DNA from: a virus
Taxonomy: Duplodnaviria > Heunggongvirae > Uroviricota > Caudoviricetes
DNA: 64,000 bases
Strand: one strand, 5' to 3'
IMG/VR virus record: IMGVR_UViG_651324052_000001
Coordinates: 32,603 to 96,602 of that record
This document shows, one piece after another, positions 48,128 to 59,144 of this stretch (positions are counted from its first letter, which is position 1; each line of letters begins with the position of its first letter). A model generated the notes under the pieces. That model saw only the letters and a list, made by a program, of their open reading frames with translations, was not told the origin of the DNA and did not search any database. Made by a program: the position numbers and the translations under genes.

Positions 48128-48421
48128 ATGGAAGTAACAACAATGTACAACGGGAAGATTTTGTATAAAGAGGAATATTATAGCACAGAACAGACTAGAG
48201 AAATTATCTCTCAGCAGCTCAAGAAAAGAGAAGAGCGGAAACGACAGAAAGCAAAACAGAAAATCAAAGAAATGATAGTTAGATTATGCGGAATCATTGT
48301 AATCTTTAGCATGTTTTTTGTTGGAAATTTATTTTCTAATGATCCGGTGGACGTGGGAGGTCATATTGTTTTGGGTGTGACTGGAATTTTACTTGCAAGA
48401 TTTCCACAATTATTTATTTGA
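48128..48421 (+). CDS. Small two-TM membrane protein
   Basis: Basic N-terminus plus two hydrophobic segments. Confidence 0.55.
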   Translation: MEVTTMYNGKILYKEEYYSTEQTREIISQQLKKREERKRQKAKQKIKEMIVRLCGIIVIFSMFFVGNLFSNDPVDVGGHIVLGVTGILLARFPQLFI

Positions 48422-48519
48422 ATATTTGTAAACAGTTAGAAGGCATTAGTTATTATACTGATGTCTTTTATAGTGCTTACAAATAGGCATAAAAAAACGA
48501 AGTAAAGGAGAATAAAAAG

Positions 48520-49451
48520 ATGAAAAGAGCATATTTGACAGCGAAGGAAGTAGAAGAAAAATTGACAGCACTTAGAACATTAAGAGGCTATGAAACTGTT
48601 ACGGAAATTAAGATCAACGAGGATAAAGTTGAAGAAGCAAAAGCAAAGCGCGGGAACGGAGATAAGACAATCATTTCAGTCAATCCTATTCTAGTACATG
48701 TTCCGGAATGGCAAAGAATGTTGAATGTAAGAAGAGCTGAAGACATCGGAAAGAATTATGATCCATACAAGTGGGAATTGCCGAAGGTGGTATATAAAGA
48801 TGGCTTATTCATCGTGATTGACGGAATGCATAGATTATATGGCGCTGCTATGGCAGATATGAGAATGATTCAAGTAGAAGTTTTGATCGGAATTACAGAA
48901 GAAAGAGCGATCAACCTATTTCTTGACCAGGGAAAAGACAGAGGAAGAATGACTTTACAAGATTCCTACGGTGCAGCTATCGAAGCCGGTAGACCAGAAT
49001 ATATCAGATTAAAAGAAATTTGCGATAAGAATCATGTCGCTATTAAGGGAAATCAAAAATCAATTAAGAATCCAGTAGGACTTTTAACTTCTATTTCAGA
49101 CGGTTTAAGACTTGCAAGAAGCAATCCAGAATTATTAGATAGAATCCTTCAAATTTTAGGGAAATTACAATGGAATGCAGGAAAATCTATTCATGAAGGA
49201 AAAGCATACAGTGCGAAAGTAATTAGAGTTTTCAACAAGCTGTATGCCTATTATGCAGGAAAAGAAGATAGACTGGAAGAGATCCTGCTTAATTTAATAA
49301 TTGCAAAGGAAGTACATATTTCAACACTAATATTTCTGATAAATGGCAAGATACATTGTTTGATTTTCTTTCTGGTGTGATTGAAAAGAATATTAATATC
49401 CCAACTATTGGAAAGAAGCGCACCGTTAGAAGAACGTCAAGAACCGCATAA
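48520..49451 (+). CDS. ParB/Srx-like N-terminal domain protein (frameshift near 49293)
   Basis: WQR...LPKV...VIDGMHRL; one added A restores NNCKGSTYF...RTA* at 49451. Confidence 0.65.
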
Positions 49452-49708
49452 CCTATATTACATTTTTTTACGGCTGATACTTGTCAAAGGGTATCGGCTG
49501 ATTTTAGAAACAACTTGAAAACATAGAATAGGAGAAAGAATAGATGTTTAAATTTATTAGCAAATTTGAATCAGACGGAAAAGATTTTTATATCGTGAGA
49601 ACAAAAGGCGGAGTTTCCATACTTACAGAATGGGAATACAGGAAAGTATGGGGAAACTACCACAGAAACAAGTGGATCAAATAATGATTTTATTAGGAGG
49701 AAACTGAA

Positions 49709-49924
49709 ATGACATTAGAAGAAATTTTAAATTTATTAGGATGTGAAAACCCGTTTCTTGAACAGATGGAAGGAGATATGGATAGACATAAACAACCTTT
49801 TTCAGATAATGGCATTATTGCATATGGAAAACTGATTGATATTTTATATGCGGTTGGAAATTTAACAAATAATGATGTAAATGACATTGTTGAAGCATTA
49901 GATAGTATCGCAAATAAAGAATAA
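49709..49924 (+). CDS. Early hypothetical protein
   Basis: 71 aa; stop abuts an 18-bp repeat. Confidence 0.55.
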   Translation: MTLEEILNLLGCENPFLEQMEGDMDRHKQPFSDNGIIAYGKLIDILYAVGNLTNNDVNDIVEALDSIANKE

Positions 49925-50173
49925 TGAAAAGATAATTTTATATGGAGGATAAAAGATGATGACAAGAGAACAGTTTGAAAACAACACAAGTTGGAAAATG
50001 AGCTATGAAGAGTTTCAAAAATGCGATTGTACACGGTGCAAAAAAGAAAATTGCCCACATAGAAAAGCATTTAGAAGAGTACCTGCCGTAGATGGAGGCT
50101 TAGGATTATGTCCTAATTTAAAATAAAACGTAGATTTTATAGGCACTATCGGGAAATGTTAGTGCCTTAATTA

Positions 50174-50509
50174 TTGGAAAATAAGGAGGGCTTAAACATG
50201 GAGAAGATGACCAAAGAATATGTTCTTCGTACATTAAGAGAAGAACACTTATGGAAACCAGGCGAGGCAGACACATTTGAAGCAACGGTGTATCAGAAGT
50301 GGGAATTTACACTAAAAAGAGAAGAAAAACATTATCTTCCATATAAATACTCTTTAACTGGAAAGAAAATTGGAACTCTTGAAACGTGGGCGAGAAGATA
50401 TAGAAGTATGGAAGAAGCTTTTTTACATATTGTAAATAGATTAAACGAAAATGCTGTGGTAAAAAATAAATACACTTATATAGAAGATTGGCTATTAGAA
50501 AATAAATGA
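50174..50509 (+). CDS. Early hypothetical protein
   Basis: About 103-111 aa; TGA lies inside the repeat. Confidence 0.55.
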   Translation: MENKEGLNMEKMTKEYVLRTLREEHLWKPGEADTFEATVYQKWEFTLKREEKHYLPYKYSLTGKKIGTLETWARRYRSMEEAFLHIVNRLNENAVVKNKYTYIEDWLLENK

Positions 50510-50713
50510 AAGCACGATTTTGTATGGAGGAAATAAATATGAAGAAACATAAAACAGACAAAATCTTATTAAGAAACAATGAGCGTAAGATGTGTGGTTT
50601 CCCATTACATAGAAAGAAAAGTAAAGGTCGAAGGTATTTGACAAGGTGCGAAGTAAAGGAAACAATAGACGCATTTTTAGACTATTGTAACAGAGATTAG
50701 GGAGGGAATAAAT

Positions 50714-51010
50714 ATGGAAATTAAAAATTTAGCACAGTTAAAACGAGTAATCAAAGAGGGACATAAATTTATTATTAGAAAACACTATATCAGATCAGAA
50801 TATGAGGGGCAGATTAGAAAGCCGAATGTAGTACAGACAAACGGGTTTTACAGTATTGAAGATGGAAAACCAGATAGCAAAATTACATTAGCCAATAATG
50901 GAAAAGGAAGTTGGATTGAATATGGAAAAGCTTCAGATTGGAAGTTTGAAAATGGTATTTGCAAACAGTCTTTTCGTGGTAGAGAGGTGTGGGAAATCGA
51001 ATTTATTTAA
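50714..51010 (+). CDS. Early hypothetical protein
   Basis: 98 aa, GGAGG SD. Confidence 0.6.
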   Translation: MEIKNLAQLKRVIKEGHKFIIRKHYIRSEYEGQIRKPNVVQTNGFYSIEDGKPDSKITLANNGKGSWIEYGKASDWKFENGICKQSFRGREVWEIEFI

Positions 51011-51040
51011 TGAAATATATTTCAAACGAAGGAAAGTATT

Positions 51041-51229
51041 ATGCCGGATATGAGAGAAAAAGTAAAAGAATATATTATGGAATTAGAAGAACAGATTGAC
51101 ATTCACGAAAAATGGTTGATTAAACACCAAAATGCTGATACTAAAGAAGAATTTATAGTAAAAGGAAGTCTTGCAACATTGGTAGAGGTAAAATGTGATT
51201 TACAAAACAGATTAGATGAGCTTATTTGA
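51041..51229 (+). CDS. Early hypothetical protein
   Basis: 62 aa coiled coil. Confidence 0.5.
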   Translation: MPDMREKVKEYIMELEEQIDIHEKWLIKHQNADTKEEFIVKGSLATLVEVKCDLQNRLDELI

Positions 51230-51444
51230 TGAAAGAACGCTTTTATCGGGAGAAAAATACTATGAAACAAGATTTATTACTATCGGAAAAAATTGTTGAT
51301 TGCTTATCTGATGGATATGATGATGAAGATAGAGAAGAAACAATTAGAATATTATTTAGAGAACTAACAGATATTTCAGGCGACAGTTTTCTAAAAACAG
51401 CTTTAATCAGATTGTGTGAAAGAATAGAAGAGTTGGAAGCGTAG
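51226..51444 (+). CDS. Early hypothetical protein (likely start 51261)
   Basis: SD GGGAG after the repeat. Confidence 0.5.
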   Translation: MMKERFYREKNTMKQDLLLSEKIVDCLSDGYDDEDREETIRILFRELTDISGDSFLKTALIRLCERIEELEA

Positions 51445-51456
51445 GAGGAAACAGTT

Positions 51457-52020
51457 ATGAAAGAATTAGAACAAAGATACATAGACATTTTAAAAGAAAA
51501 TGATTGGAATGTCTCTTATTATACAGATAATGGAATGGTAGAATTGGAAAAATATTCTCCTGCTGGGGAAGATTTTTTAATTATTGTAGAAGTAGAAAAT
51601 TTTCCGGAAGCAGTTAGAGAATACGCAAATGATTTTGATGCAAATGAACACGCAGCAATGTGGGTTGAAGCAAGAGGTAAGATAAGCGGAGTACCCGAAA
51701 GTATTAGGGAACTTATTGACGATGCAGAAGCAATACAAGATATGCTTGATGAATTAGCGTATGCATTAGAAAAAGATGAAAATAATAAAGAAAATCTGGA
51801 AGAACTAAAGCAGTACAAGGAAAACTATTATTACAGTGTTGAAGATATTGCAGAACAGTTGATTGATTTATCTAATTTAGGCATATCTGAGGATCTAAAG
51901 AAAGAATTAAGGGCAGGATTAGAGCATTTAAATGAAATGGCAGCGAAAGAATATAATAAGGATTGCTTCAGAGTGCTGTATAATGTGTTACTTGTAATTA
52001 CAGGAATGGAGGTATTGTAA
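51457..52020 (+). CDS. Early acidic hypothetical protein
   Basis: 187 aa; ELEKYSPAGEDF. Confidence 0.6.
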   Translation: MKELEQRYIDILKENDWNVSYYTDNGMVELEKYSPAGEDFLIIVEVENFPEAVREYANDFDANEHAAMWVEARGKISGVPESIRELIDDAEAIQDMLDELAYALEKDENNKENLEELKQYKENYYYSVEDIAEQLIDLSNLGISEDLKKELRAGLEHLNEMAAKEYNKDCFRVLYNVLLVITGMEVL

Positions 52021-52022
52021 CT

Positions 52023-52253
52023 ATGATGCTAAATGTTAGAACGTATAAAGTAAAAAGATCAGACGGAAATCCCGTATATAAAACATATCGTTATTCTTGT
52101 TTTGATAGTGCTTCCTCGATGGATGGAAAAACTTTTGAAGAAAAATTTAATGCTGCTATGAATATCTTGAAAGAGGAAGTTGATGAAGATAGAAGGAATA
52201 ATGAGGTAGACAAGTACGAACCTATTGTGATTGCAGATGTGTTTTTAAGTTGA
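52023..52253 (+). CDS. Early hypothetical protein
   Basis: 76 aa. Confidence 0.5.
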   Translation: MMLNVRTYKVKRSDGNPVYKTYRYSCFDSASSMDGKTFEEKFNAAMNILKEEVDEDRRNNEVDKYEPIVIADVFLS

Positions 52254-52760
52254 TGGAGGAAAATAATATGAGAGATTTACAAGTATATACAGACATATGT
52301 TTGAAAGAAGTTGAAGGAGCTGGGATTGAATATGGGAAAATTGAAGAATTTATTGTAAATACTAGGGCAATTAATAGATATGGAAGATGCACAAGAAAAC
52401 CAGGAGGAACATTTGTTATTCAGATTTCAAAATATCTTTTGGACGAGCGTGTTCCTGTAAATGAATTAAAAGACACGATCATCCATGAAATTTTACATAC
52501 TTGTAAAGATTGTTTTAATCATGGAAATGCATGGAAAAACGAAGCTGATATTATGAACAAAAAAATATGGATATAATATTCGTAGAACTGGCTCATGTAG
52601 CGATTTTGCAATGGTAGTAGAAGAAGAACATCCATATAAATATTTTATCGAGTGCAAAGGATGTGGAAAAATATATAAGAAGAGAAGAAAATGTAATCTC
52701 ACAGAACATCCTGGATGGTATAGATGTGGACGTTGTGGTGGAAAGTTGGAAGCGGTTTAA
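52250..52760 (+). CDS. SprT-like Zn metalloprotease with C-terminal Zn ribbon (extra A at 52559-52565)
   Basis: HEILH...HGNAWK; restored tail CKGCG...CGRCGG. Confidence 0.75.
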
Positions 52761-52778
52761 AGATAGTGGAAATAATTT

Positions 52779-53000
52779 ATGGAGAAGGTTATGAATAGAT
52801 TTGATGGGATATTAGGTAATGGAATAGATTTCGATATGAGTAAAATCTGTTCTTGTTGCAAGAAAATAAGCGAATGTGAGAAAAAATGTGCGAGATATTA
52901 TAGTTGCGACAATGTGGCTATGGCAAATGATGTTTTGAAAGAATACGAAGAAAGGGAACATTATGACATTAAGAGAATATCTAAAAGAACTAAAAATTGA
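52779..53000 (+). CDS. Small Cys-rich protein
   Basis: CSCC...C...C...C. Confidence 0.5.
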   Translation: MEKVMNRFDGILGNGIDFDMSKICSCCKKISECEKKCARYYSCDNVAMANDVLKEYEEREHYDIKRISKRTKN

Positions 53001-53322
53001 TCAGATTGAAGATGACACAGAATTTTGTGACAAGGAATACAATGCGATAATGGACTATTGCACAGAACGGAAATTCTTAATCACAGATGATGATTTAGCA
53101 TCTATTGTTAGTCGTGGTCTGAATGATAGCTTTGAATATAGACGTGCAGAATATATCAAGAATTTGTGGTTGGAATTTGGGAATGTTTCCATGAACCCTG
53201 AAACAAAATGCATTGAGGAAGAGTGGAACGGATTCGCCGCAGGATGGCATAGAACGTCAATCTGTGATTGGTTTGAGGAAAATTATGGTGTTAGTGTTGC
53301 GAAAGATTTGATGGGATTATAG
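52963..53322 (+). CDS. Early hypothetical protein
   Basis: 119 aa; WLEFGNVSMNPETKCIEEEW. Confidence 0.6.
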   Translation: MTLREYLKELKIDQIEDDTEFCDKEYNAIMDYCTERKFLITDDDLASIVSRGLNDSFEYRRAEYIKNLWLEFGNVSMNPETKCIEEEWNGFAAGWHRTSICDWFEENYGVSVAKDLMGL

Positions 53323-53332
53323 GAGAAAAAAT

Positions 53333-53722
53333 ATGGTGAATTTAGAGTTAATTTTTAAAGAACAAGAAAAGTATGTAGAAAAGATAATTGAAGATATTAG
53401 AAAAAACAATTTCTCTTGGGAAGTATTACAGTATATCAATAATAATTATGCTGAAATCGAGATAGAACATGGTGCTATGTCAGAATGGAACCAAGATAAA
53501 TACGAGGAATATCTTAAAACGTGCAACGAGCAAAAAGATTATTGTGAAATTCGAATTAACAGAGATTTTGTTTATAGATATATTAATGTACATAATATAT
53601 TGGAATTTGATAGATCATTGGATGATGATGAAGAAGAATGGGAAGAATACCGGGATTGCTATGAAGAATATTCTAGAAAAGAAAATGAATATCGTCTTGA
53701 TTATGTAGAATTTAAAAAATAA
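53333..53722 (+). CDS. Early acidic hypothetical protein
   Basis: 129 aa; stop inside the repeat. Confidence 0.55.
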   Translation: MVNLELIFKEQEKYVEKIIEDIRKNNFSWEVLQYINNNYAEIEIEHGAMSEWNQDKYEEYLKTCNEQKDYCEIRINRDFVYRYINVHNILEFDRSLDDDEEEWEEYRDCYEEYSRKENEYRLDYVEFKK

Positions 53723-53760
53723 AATCAGGATTTTGATTAGGAGAGAAAAGAGGTAAGGTA

Positions 53761-54252
53761 ATGAACTATAAAAAGATGGTAGTATGGAGTTGTGGGAATG
53801 AAACTGCAAAGACAGAAAAGATAAATATGATAGGATATATCTTCTGTTTTATTCTGCTTTGTATTTTACACACGATAACGTTTGTATGTAATCCCAATGA
53901 TGATAAGTCTATACATGTTACTATAAGAGAACATTTATTATATGGAATTATGTTTTTATGTTTAGTTGGTTGGCTTACAGCTTTGATGTTATTTATGATC
54001 AAAGATTCGTTTGACAATATTAAAGAAAACAAATTGATTTCTTTATATCTATATAAAATAGAGGATTTTGTAAAAATAGGAGAAATACCAGAAGATAAGA
54101 TAATATTGTTCTCGGATAAAAGAGGAGTTGTTTTAGCAGATAAAATATATGAAAACGAAAGTAAGCATTTCTCTTTTGGAGTGAAATCTTTTGGTGAGTT
54201 TGAGAAATATTATAATAAACATGCAGTAGATAGGCTGGAAATTGCCCAATAA
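53761..54252 (+). CDS. Two-TM membrane protein
   Basis: 163 aa; stop inside the repeat. Confidence 0.55.
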   Translation: MNYKKMVVWSCGNETAKTEKINMIGYIFCFILLCILHTITFVCNPNDDKSIHVTIREHLLYGIMFLCLVGWLTALMLFMIKDSFDNIKENKLISLYLYKIEDFVKIGEIPEDKIILFSDKRGVVLADKIYENESKHFSFGVKSFGEFEKYYNKHAVDRLEIAQ

Positions 54253-54319
54253 AGTCGGAATTTGATTAGGATGATTAATTATAAATAATAAAAAAATAAG
54301 ACCAACTTCATATATTGTT

Positions 54320-54529
54320 ATGTTTTGGAATAAAGACGGAACAAAGAAAATAAAAGAAGAGATATACCCTATGTATAAGTTTACGCTTGATGATGTTATC
54401 GTATTATTAAAAGGAAAAGAAGAAACATGCGATATTTATGAGTGTAGATTCTGGAAAAATAGAGGACGATATATTACAACTGGAAATACTTATATTTGGG
54501 ATGGATATGGTTGGAAATTACAAATGTAA
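54320..54529 (+). CDS. Early hypothetical protein
   Basis: 69 aa or fewer. Confidence 0.45.
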   Translation: MFWNKDGTKKIKEEIYPMYKFTLDDVIVLLKGKEETCDIYECRFWKNRGRYITTGNTYIWDGYGWKLQM

Positions 54530-54566
54530 TCAAAAATCTCGCATTTTATACTGGAGGGCAGATATT

Positions 54567-54794
54567 ATGAGCAAATGGAGCGAAATTAGATGTGACTTTT
54601 TTGATGAAAATGATAGAAGATATTGTGTAGATGGTTGGCAAACTTCCAATGATTGCGAAGAAGGGAAAACTATTGCTAAGATTAATCTAAAAAATAAATC
54701 TGTTGAGTATCTTGACCAAGATGCCAAAACAGATGAATATACTCAAGAGGTCATTAATGAGTTTTTAAAAAACGGATATGTGTTGACAGAATAA
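54567..54794 (+). CDS. Early hypothetical protein
   Basis: MSKWSEIRCDF..., GGAGG SD after the repeat. Confidence 0.55.
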   Translation: MSKWSEIRCDFFDENDRRYCVDGWQTSNDCEEGKTIAKINLKNKSVEYLDQDAKTDEYTQEVINEFLKNGYVLTE

Positions 54795-54845
54795 CAACAA
54801 TTTAGGATTTTATACATACGAACAGAAAGGTTAGAAGATAAAATT

Positions 54846-55172
54846 ATGAAATTAGTACAGGAAATTAGAAAGAATGATTTATTATCAAGTAACTGGGGGA
54901 TTTATGAACTATCTAAAGCTGAAGCGAATAAATATGGCAATAAATTTGCGTTATCGCAAGGTATATTTTCAGACTTTGGAATAAAAGAATTTGGGGCTGA
55001 CAAGTTATTGTCAAGATTAAGAAATGATCTCTATGAAGGTTTTTTTGAAACACAAAAAGAAGCTTATATGCAAGTTAAACTTGTAGAAATGAAGTGTAAA
55101 ATCGACAAGTTAGAGTACGCAGCAAAAGATTTAATAGAAGCAACGAAAATTAAAACACCAAAATGGTTTTAA
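54846..55172 (+). CDS. Early hypothetical protein
   Basis: 108 aa. Confidence 0.55.
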   Translation: MKLVQEIRKNDLLSSNWGIYELSKAEANKYGNKFALSQGIFSDFGIKEFGADKLLSRLRNDLYEGFFETQKEAYMQVKLVEMKCKIDKLEYAAKDLIEATKIKTPKWF

Positions 55173-55341
55173 AAGCAAATAAAGTTGAAATTTGATTGAA
55201 TAAAGGTGTAAATATGAGAGAAGTAATTTATAAAATGATTTATTTTGATGGAGCATGGTTTTATCAAAGAATTTCAGACGGAAAACTTATTAAGAGAATT
55301 TATTTCTTATAGAAAAATTTTACAAAATAGAGGAGGTTAAT

Positions 55342-55575
55342 ATGAATAAAAAAGAATTTTTAAATTACATAACTGATTTTGCTGCAAATACATTATGGAG
55401 CGATTTTAATGAAAAAGAGCGGTTGAGGGCATTATTTACATCATATTGTCTCGTTTATGGAGTAGATGCTGATACAAAGGAATGTGATGATATTTTATTC
55501 ATAATCAGAGAAGCGCTAGAATTTCAAGAAGATGTCGAGGAGTTTGAAAACTATATGATTGAGTTAATTGTGTAG
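55342..55575 (+). CDS. Early hypothetical protein
   Basis: 77 aa, GAGGAGG SD. Confidence 0.6.
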   Translation: MNKKEFLNYITDFAANTLWSDFNEKERLRALFTSYCLVYGVDADTKECDDILFIIREALEFQEDVEEFENYMIELIV

Positions 55576-55590
55576 AGGAGAATAGTAATT

Positions 55591-55791
55591 ATGAAAAGAC
55601 TTGGAAGGTATTCAGGAAGAATTTATGAGGAAAACGAAATCTGTATAATGGAAGAATGCGGAGTTTGTATTACAGATGAACAAGCAAAAGATGAAGAATG
55701 GATTTCAAAACATCATGTAGATGATTTAATGGAATGTATTACATGTGTAGGATGTCCACTTGCCCAAAGTGGAGTAATAGGAAAAAGATAA
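55591..55791 (+). CDS. Small Cys-containing protein
   Basis: 66 aa; stop inside a perfect repeat copy. Confidence 0.55.
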   Translation: MKRLGRYSGRIYEENEICIMEECGVCITDEQAKDEEWISKHHVDDLMECITCVGCPLAQSGVIGKR

Positions 55792-55814
55792 AACTCGTAT
55801 TTTATTTATGAAGG

Positions 55815-56117
55815 ATGATTGATATGTGTAGATATGTAGCCGATTTTTATATTGATTCTAAAACACTTGATTGGGTGACAAGAGAAGGCTGTCCTCAAAT
55901 TTTTAATGAATATGTATCTGATATTTTAGTCGATGCATTAGGTATTAATGGAAGTTCAAATTTATTTTGCAAGTGTAAGTATGGAGGATATAATCTATCA
56001 TGGATTTTAGATAACGGAAAGGAGTATGTTAAAACATTTTCGGAAGAAGAATTACTAGGTGCTTTGCGACATAAATTTGTTGATTGTAAACTAAATGTAA
56101 GTAAATTTAAACAATAG
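55815..56117 (+). CDS. Early hypothetical protein
   Basis: 100 aa. Confidence 0.5.
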   Translation: MIDMCRYVADFYIDSKTLDWVTREGCPQIFNEYVSDILVDALGINGSSNLFCKCKYGGYNLSWILDNGKEYVKTFSEEELLGALRHKFVDCKLNVSKFKQ

Positions 56118-56147
56118 ATGAAAATCTTTCAAAAGGAGTGGTAAAGT

Positions 56148-56384
56148 ATGAAAATAGAAAAAATAATTTGTGATTGTTGCGGAGAAGAAATTCCAAAAGT
56201 AAAAAAGAAAGATGTATTTGGAATTGAAAGAGAATATTATCGCATGGGAAAATTAAATTATGGAGAACATTTTACGGATGTTAACTGTTGTAATTTAGGT
56301 CTTGATTTATGTGAAAGATGTGCCGGAAAGATCAGTTTAGAGATGTATAAGACTAGAATGGAAATGTTAAGTGGTTTGAAATAA
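56148..56384 (+). CDS. Small Zn-ribbon protein
   Basis: CDCCG...DLCERC. Confidence 0.6.
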   Translation: MKIEKIICDCCGEEIPKVKKKDVFGIEREYYRMGKLNYGEHFTDVNCCNLGLDLCERCAGKISLEMYKTRMEMLSGLK

Positions 56385-56403
56385 GACGAGAGGGTGTAAG
56401 TAT

Positions 56404-56542
56404 AATGAAATTCTTACAGATTTTGCAAATGCTTTTAGCAACTATATTTATTATATTAACGCTTGGATTTGTTTCCATAGAACTTGAGTGGACAGATGGA
56501 ACGAGTTTTAGATATACAGGATGGAAAAGAAGAAGGAGATGA
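56404..56542 (+). CDS. Small membrane peptide
   Basis: MKFLQILQMLLATIFIILTLGF...RRRR*, TGA inside the repeat. Confidence 0.5.
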
Positions 56543-56576
56543 AAGTCGCATTTCAAATAATAACAATATAAAATAA

Positions 56577-56933
56577 TTGATGCATTCAGAGAATATACCT
56601 TTGAGTGCTTTTTTAATACAGGAGAAGAGGTGTGACAATATGTATGACGAATTGAAAGACATATCGTATATTTTTTACATAAATAGTAAGAGTGGTAAAT
56701 TACATACATGTAATATTTGCGATAAAGAAGAAGTAGACGATAAAGGCTATCCAAGATACAGAGCGCAATATGGAAACTGTCTGATTGCCTTACGAAATCA
56801 GAAGATAACAGATAGGTTATATCTAATGAAGGAAGAAACATTTAACAGCGTAAAGAGGAAATTTTGGCAGCTCGATAGATATCTTATGAAAGACTTCTTT
56901 GATCGTTATGCTGATAGAGTTGTGGAAAGATAG
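56577..56933 (+). CDS. Early hypothetical protein (likely start 56640)
   Basis: SD GAGGTG. Confidence 0.5.
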   Translation: MMHSENIPLSAFLIQEKRCDNMYDELKDISYIFYINSKSGKLHTCNICDKEEVDDKGYPRYRAQYGNCLIALRNQKITDRLYLMKEETFNSVKRKFWQLDRYLMKDFFDRYADRVVER

Positions 56934-57175
56934 CAGAAAGCCAATAAAAATAATAGAAAAAAAATCAAAGAGTTATTTCATTAATCTTTGGAATGGCTTA
57001 AAGTCTTTGTATGTCTGCGCTTTATACAAAGATTTGAACCCGATGTATTTTGATGAAGCAATAGAATACATTAAACATTGGGAATATAAAGAACAATAAA
57101 ATATTACATATAAATAAGAAGATTCTGGAGAATAAAAATCCAGGATCTTTTTTCAAAAGGAAGGAGTTATGTATT

Positions 57176-57484
57176 ATGATTTGGACATTATTTGTATTAG
57201 ACTATGATGGAACGTACAGTTGTAAACATGAAGAATACTACGGTGTAAGACCTTCAGTATATCAGATTCCATTGGATAAACAGCAAGAGGTTGAAATGTT
57301 TGCGAAGAAAGCTTCCAAAGAATTTAATGAAGGCGAAGACGTCTGCGAATCTATTGGAGATATTTTTGAAGGTTTTCTTGAAGAAAATAATATTAAATTT
57401 CATTGCATTGGAGATTTGAAACTTCGTTTTGGCGATAGACAGAAGGATTATCTTGCGGATTATATCCCTAGAGAGATTGTGTAA
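57176..57484 (+). CDS. Early hypothetical protein
   Basis: 102 aa, AAGGAG SD. Confidence 0.6.
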   Translation: MIWTLFVLDYDGTYSCKHEEYYGVRPSVYQIPLDKQQEVEMFAKKASKEFNEGEDVCESIGDIFEGFLEENNIKFHCIGDLKLRFGDRQKDYLADYIPREIV

Positions 57485-57496
57485 GGTGGTGAAATT

Positions 57497-58219
57497 TTGA
57501 GAAGAGAATGGACAGAAAAGGAAGTTAAGTATTTAAAAGAACATTATGGACAATATCCTGTAAAAGATATTGCAGAAAAACTCAAAAGAAGTTATGAATC
57601 TGTTCAAACAAAAGCAGGCAGGATTGGCATAAATTCCAATAGAAGTATCACTGCAAATAGAAGAAAGTGGACAGAACGAGAAGAAAAATACATGGAATCA
57701 AGATACTTATATCAACCGGTGGAAATTACAGCAAAACGACTAAAGAGATCAGTGTGTTCTGTAAAGAAAAAGGCGGCGAAATTAGGACTTAACAAATTCT
57801 ATGACATATTTTCAGCAAAACAGTTAGCGAAATGCTTTAATACTGATATATCTGTGGTTTTAAGATGGATTGAGAAATTTGATATGCCACATGATAGTAT
57901 AGATCTGAACGGAGTTATTCATTATGATATTGACTTGAAGAAGTTTTGGAAATGGACGGAAAATCATAAAGATATAATAAACTGGTCTAAATATGAATGT
58001 GGAACCTTGGCATTAGAACCTGAATGGGTACGACAAGAAAAAATGTCTTATGAATATAGTAACACAAGAGAAAAGTGGACAGATGAAGATTTGAGAAAAG
58101 TTAAATTACTTTTAAAAGCGGATAAAACCTATAAAGAAGTCGCAAAAGAGTTGGGAAGGACATATTACGGCATTCTTCATTTAATGAGGAGTGGTGTAGT
58201 ATATGGAAAAGTTAATTGA
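57497..58219 (+). CDS. Tandem Myb-like/HTH repeat DNA-binding protein
   Basis: Three WT-x-x-E repeats, each followed by IAEKLKRS-like HTH segments. Confidence 0.7.
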   Translation: MRREWTEKEVKYLKEHYGQYPVKDIAEKLKRSYESVQTKAGRIGINSNRSITANRRKWTEREEKYMESRYLYQPVEITAKRLKRSVCSVKKKAAKLGLNKFYDIFSAKQLAKCFNTDISVVLRWIEKFDMPHDSIDLNGVIHYDIDLKKFWKWTENHKDIINWSKYECGTLALEPEWVRQEKMSYEYSNTREKWTDEDLRKVKLLLKADKTYKEVAKELGRTYYGILHLMRSGVVYGKVN

Positions 58220-58271
58220 GAAAATTGTAGAAGTATGATAATATGAAAAGAAAAAGAGGAGGTATTATATC

Positions 58272-58463
58272 ATGGGAGCAGCTTTATTTATTGCAGCAAT
58301 TTTTTTACTTTGTAAAGGACTTAATTGGGTAGCTAATTTACCGGAGGAACATTACAAGAACACACTTACACCGGAGCAAAGATCAGATTATGTTTTTAGA
58401 AAAAATCTGAATAAATACAAAAATAATTTTATAATGAATGTGTTTTTGGAGACTAAGTATTAA
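58272..58463 (+). CDS. Small membrane protein
   Basis: 63 aa, hydrophobic N-terminus. Confidence 0.45.
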   Translation: MGAALFIAAIFLLCKGLNWVANLPEEHYKNTLTPEQRSDYVFRKNLNKYKNNFIMNVFLETKY

Positions 58464-58718
58464 TTTGCTTAGTCTCTTTTATATTACAAGAGAGAATATA
58501 TAGGTGAAAATATATCAGAAAGAAGGAATTTATATGAAGAATTTTATTATTGGGAACATGTATTTTGTTCAGGTGACAAGTCACATGAAGGACTATGTTA
58601 GTTATGTGGGAAGAAAAGGAAATTTCTATGTGTTTCAGAAAGGTGTCGTACAGTATTATCTGAAAGAATGTCATTTGTTTAATGCTGTCCCGGTGATGAA
58701 TCGAATTGCCATGATTTC

Positions 58719-59144
58719 TTGATGTGTGATATACTCATGATAAGAGGTGATGGTCGTATGGAGAAGTTTCATCGTATGAATTTAGAAGAAATTCAAAAAT
58801 GCAACGACAAGCAAATTGAAGATATAATCTTATATACAGACAATATTAGAAAGTATGATTTTCGAGCGGAATGTCTGTATTGGATGTGTATGTTGGAGGT
58901 GAACATACGAACAGATCAGGATGTAGAGCATACATGGATTAAGTGTATTGCTAATATAAGGAATAAAGATGGAGATATAATATTCCAGTATGGAAAAGAT
59001 TATATGGTGTTTGTACTTGGCTTGGTTCCAATTGTTTTTACTGGAGATTTATTTCCATATATATATTCCATAAAAGAAGAAGACCATCGTTGCATATGGA
59101 AGTATTTTACAGAGAGTGAATTAAAAAGTATATATTTAATGTAA
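58719..59144 (+). CDS. Early hypothetical protein
   Basis: About 130-141 aa. Confidence 0.5.
   Translation: MMCDILMIRGDGRMEKFHRMNLEEIQKCNDKQIEDIILYTDNIRKYDFRAECLYWMCMLEVNIRTDQDVEHTWIKCIANIRNKDGDIIFQYGKDYMVFVLGLVPIVFTGDLFPYIYSIKEEDHRCIWKYFTESELKSIYLM

Noticed and set aside
57096-57113. Extra copies of the 18-bp palindrome at 57096 and 62631
   Set aside because: Only the left arm matches, which is expected by chance at stop codons; not counted.
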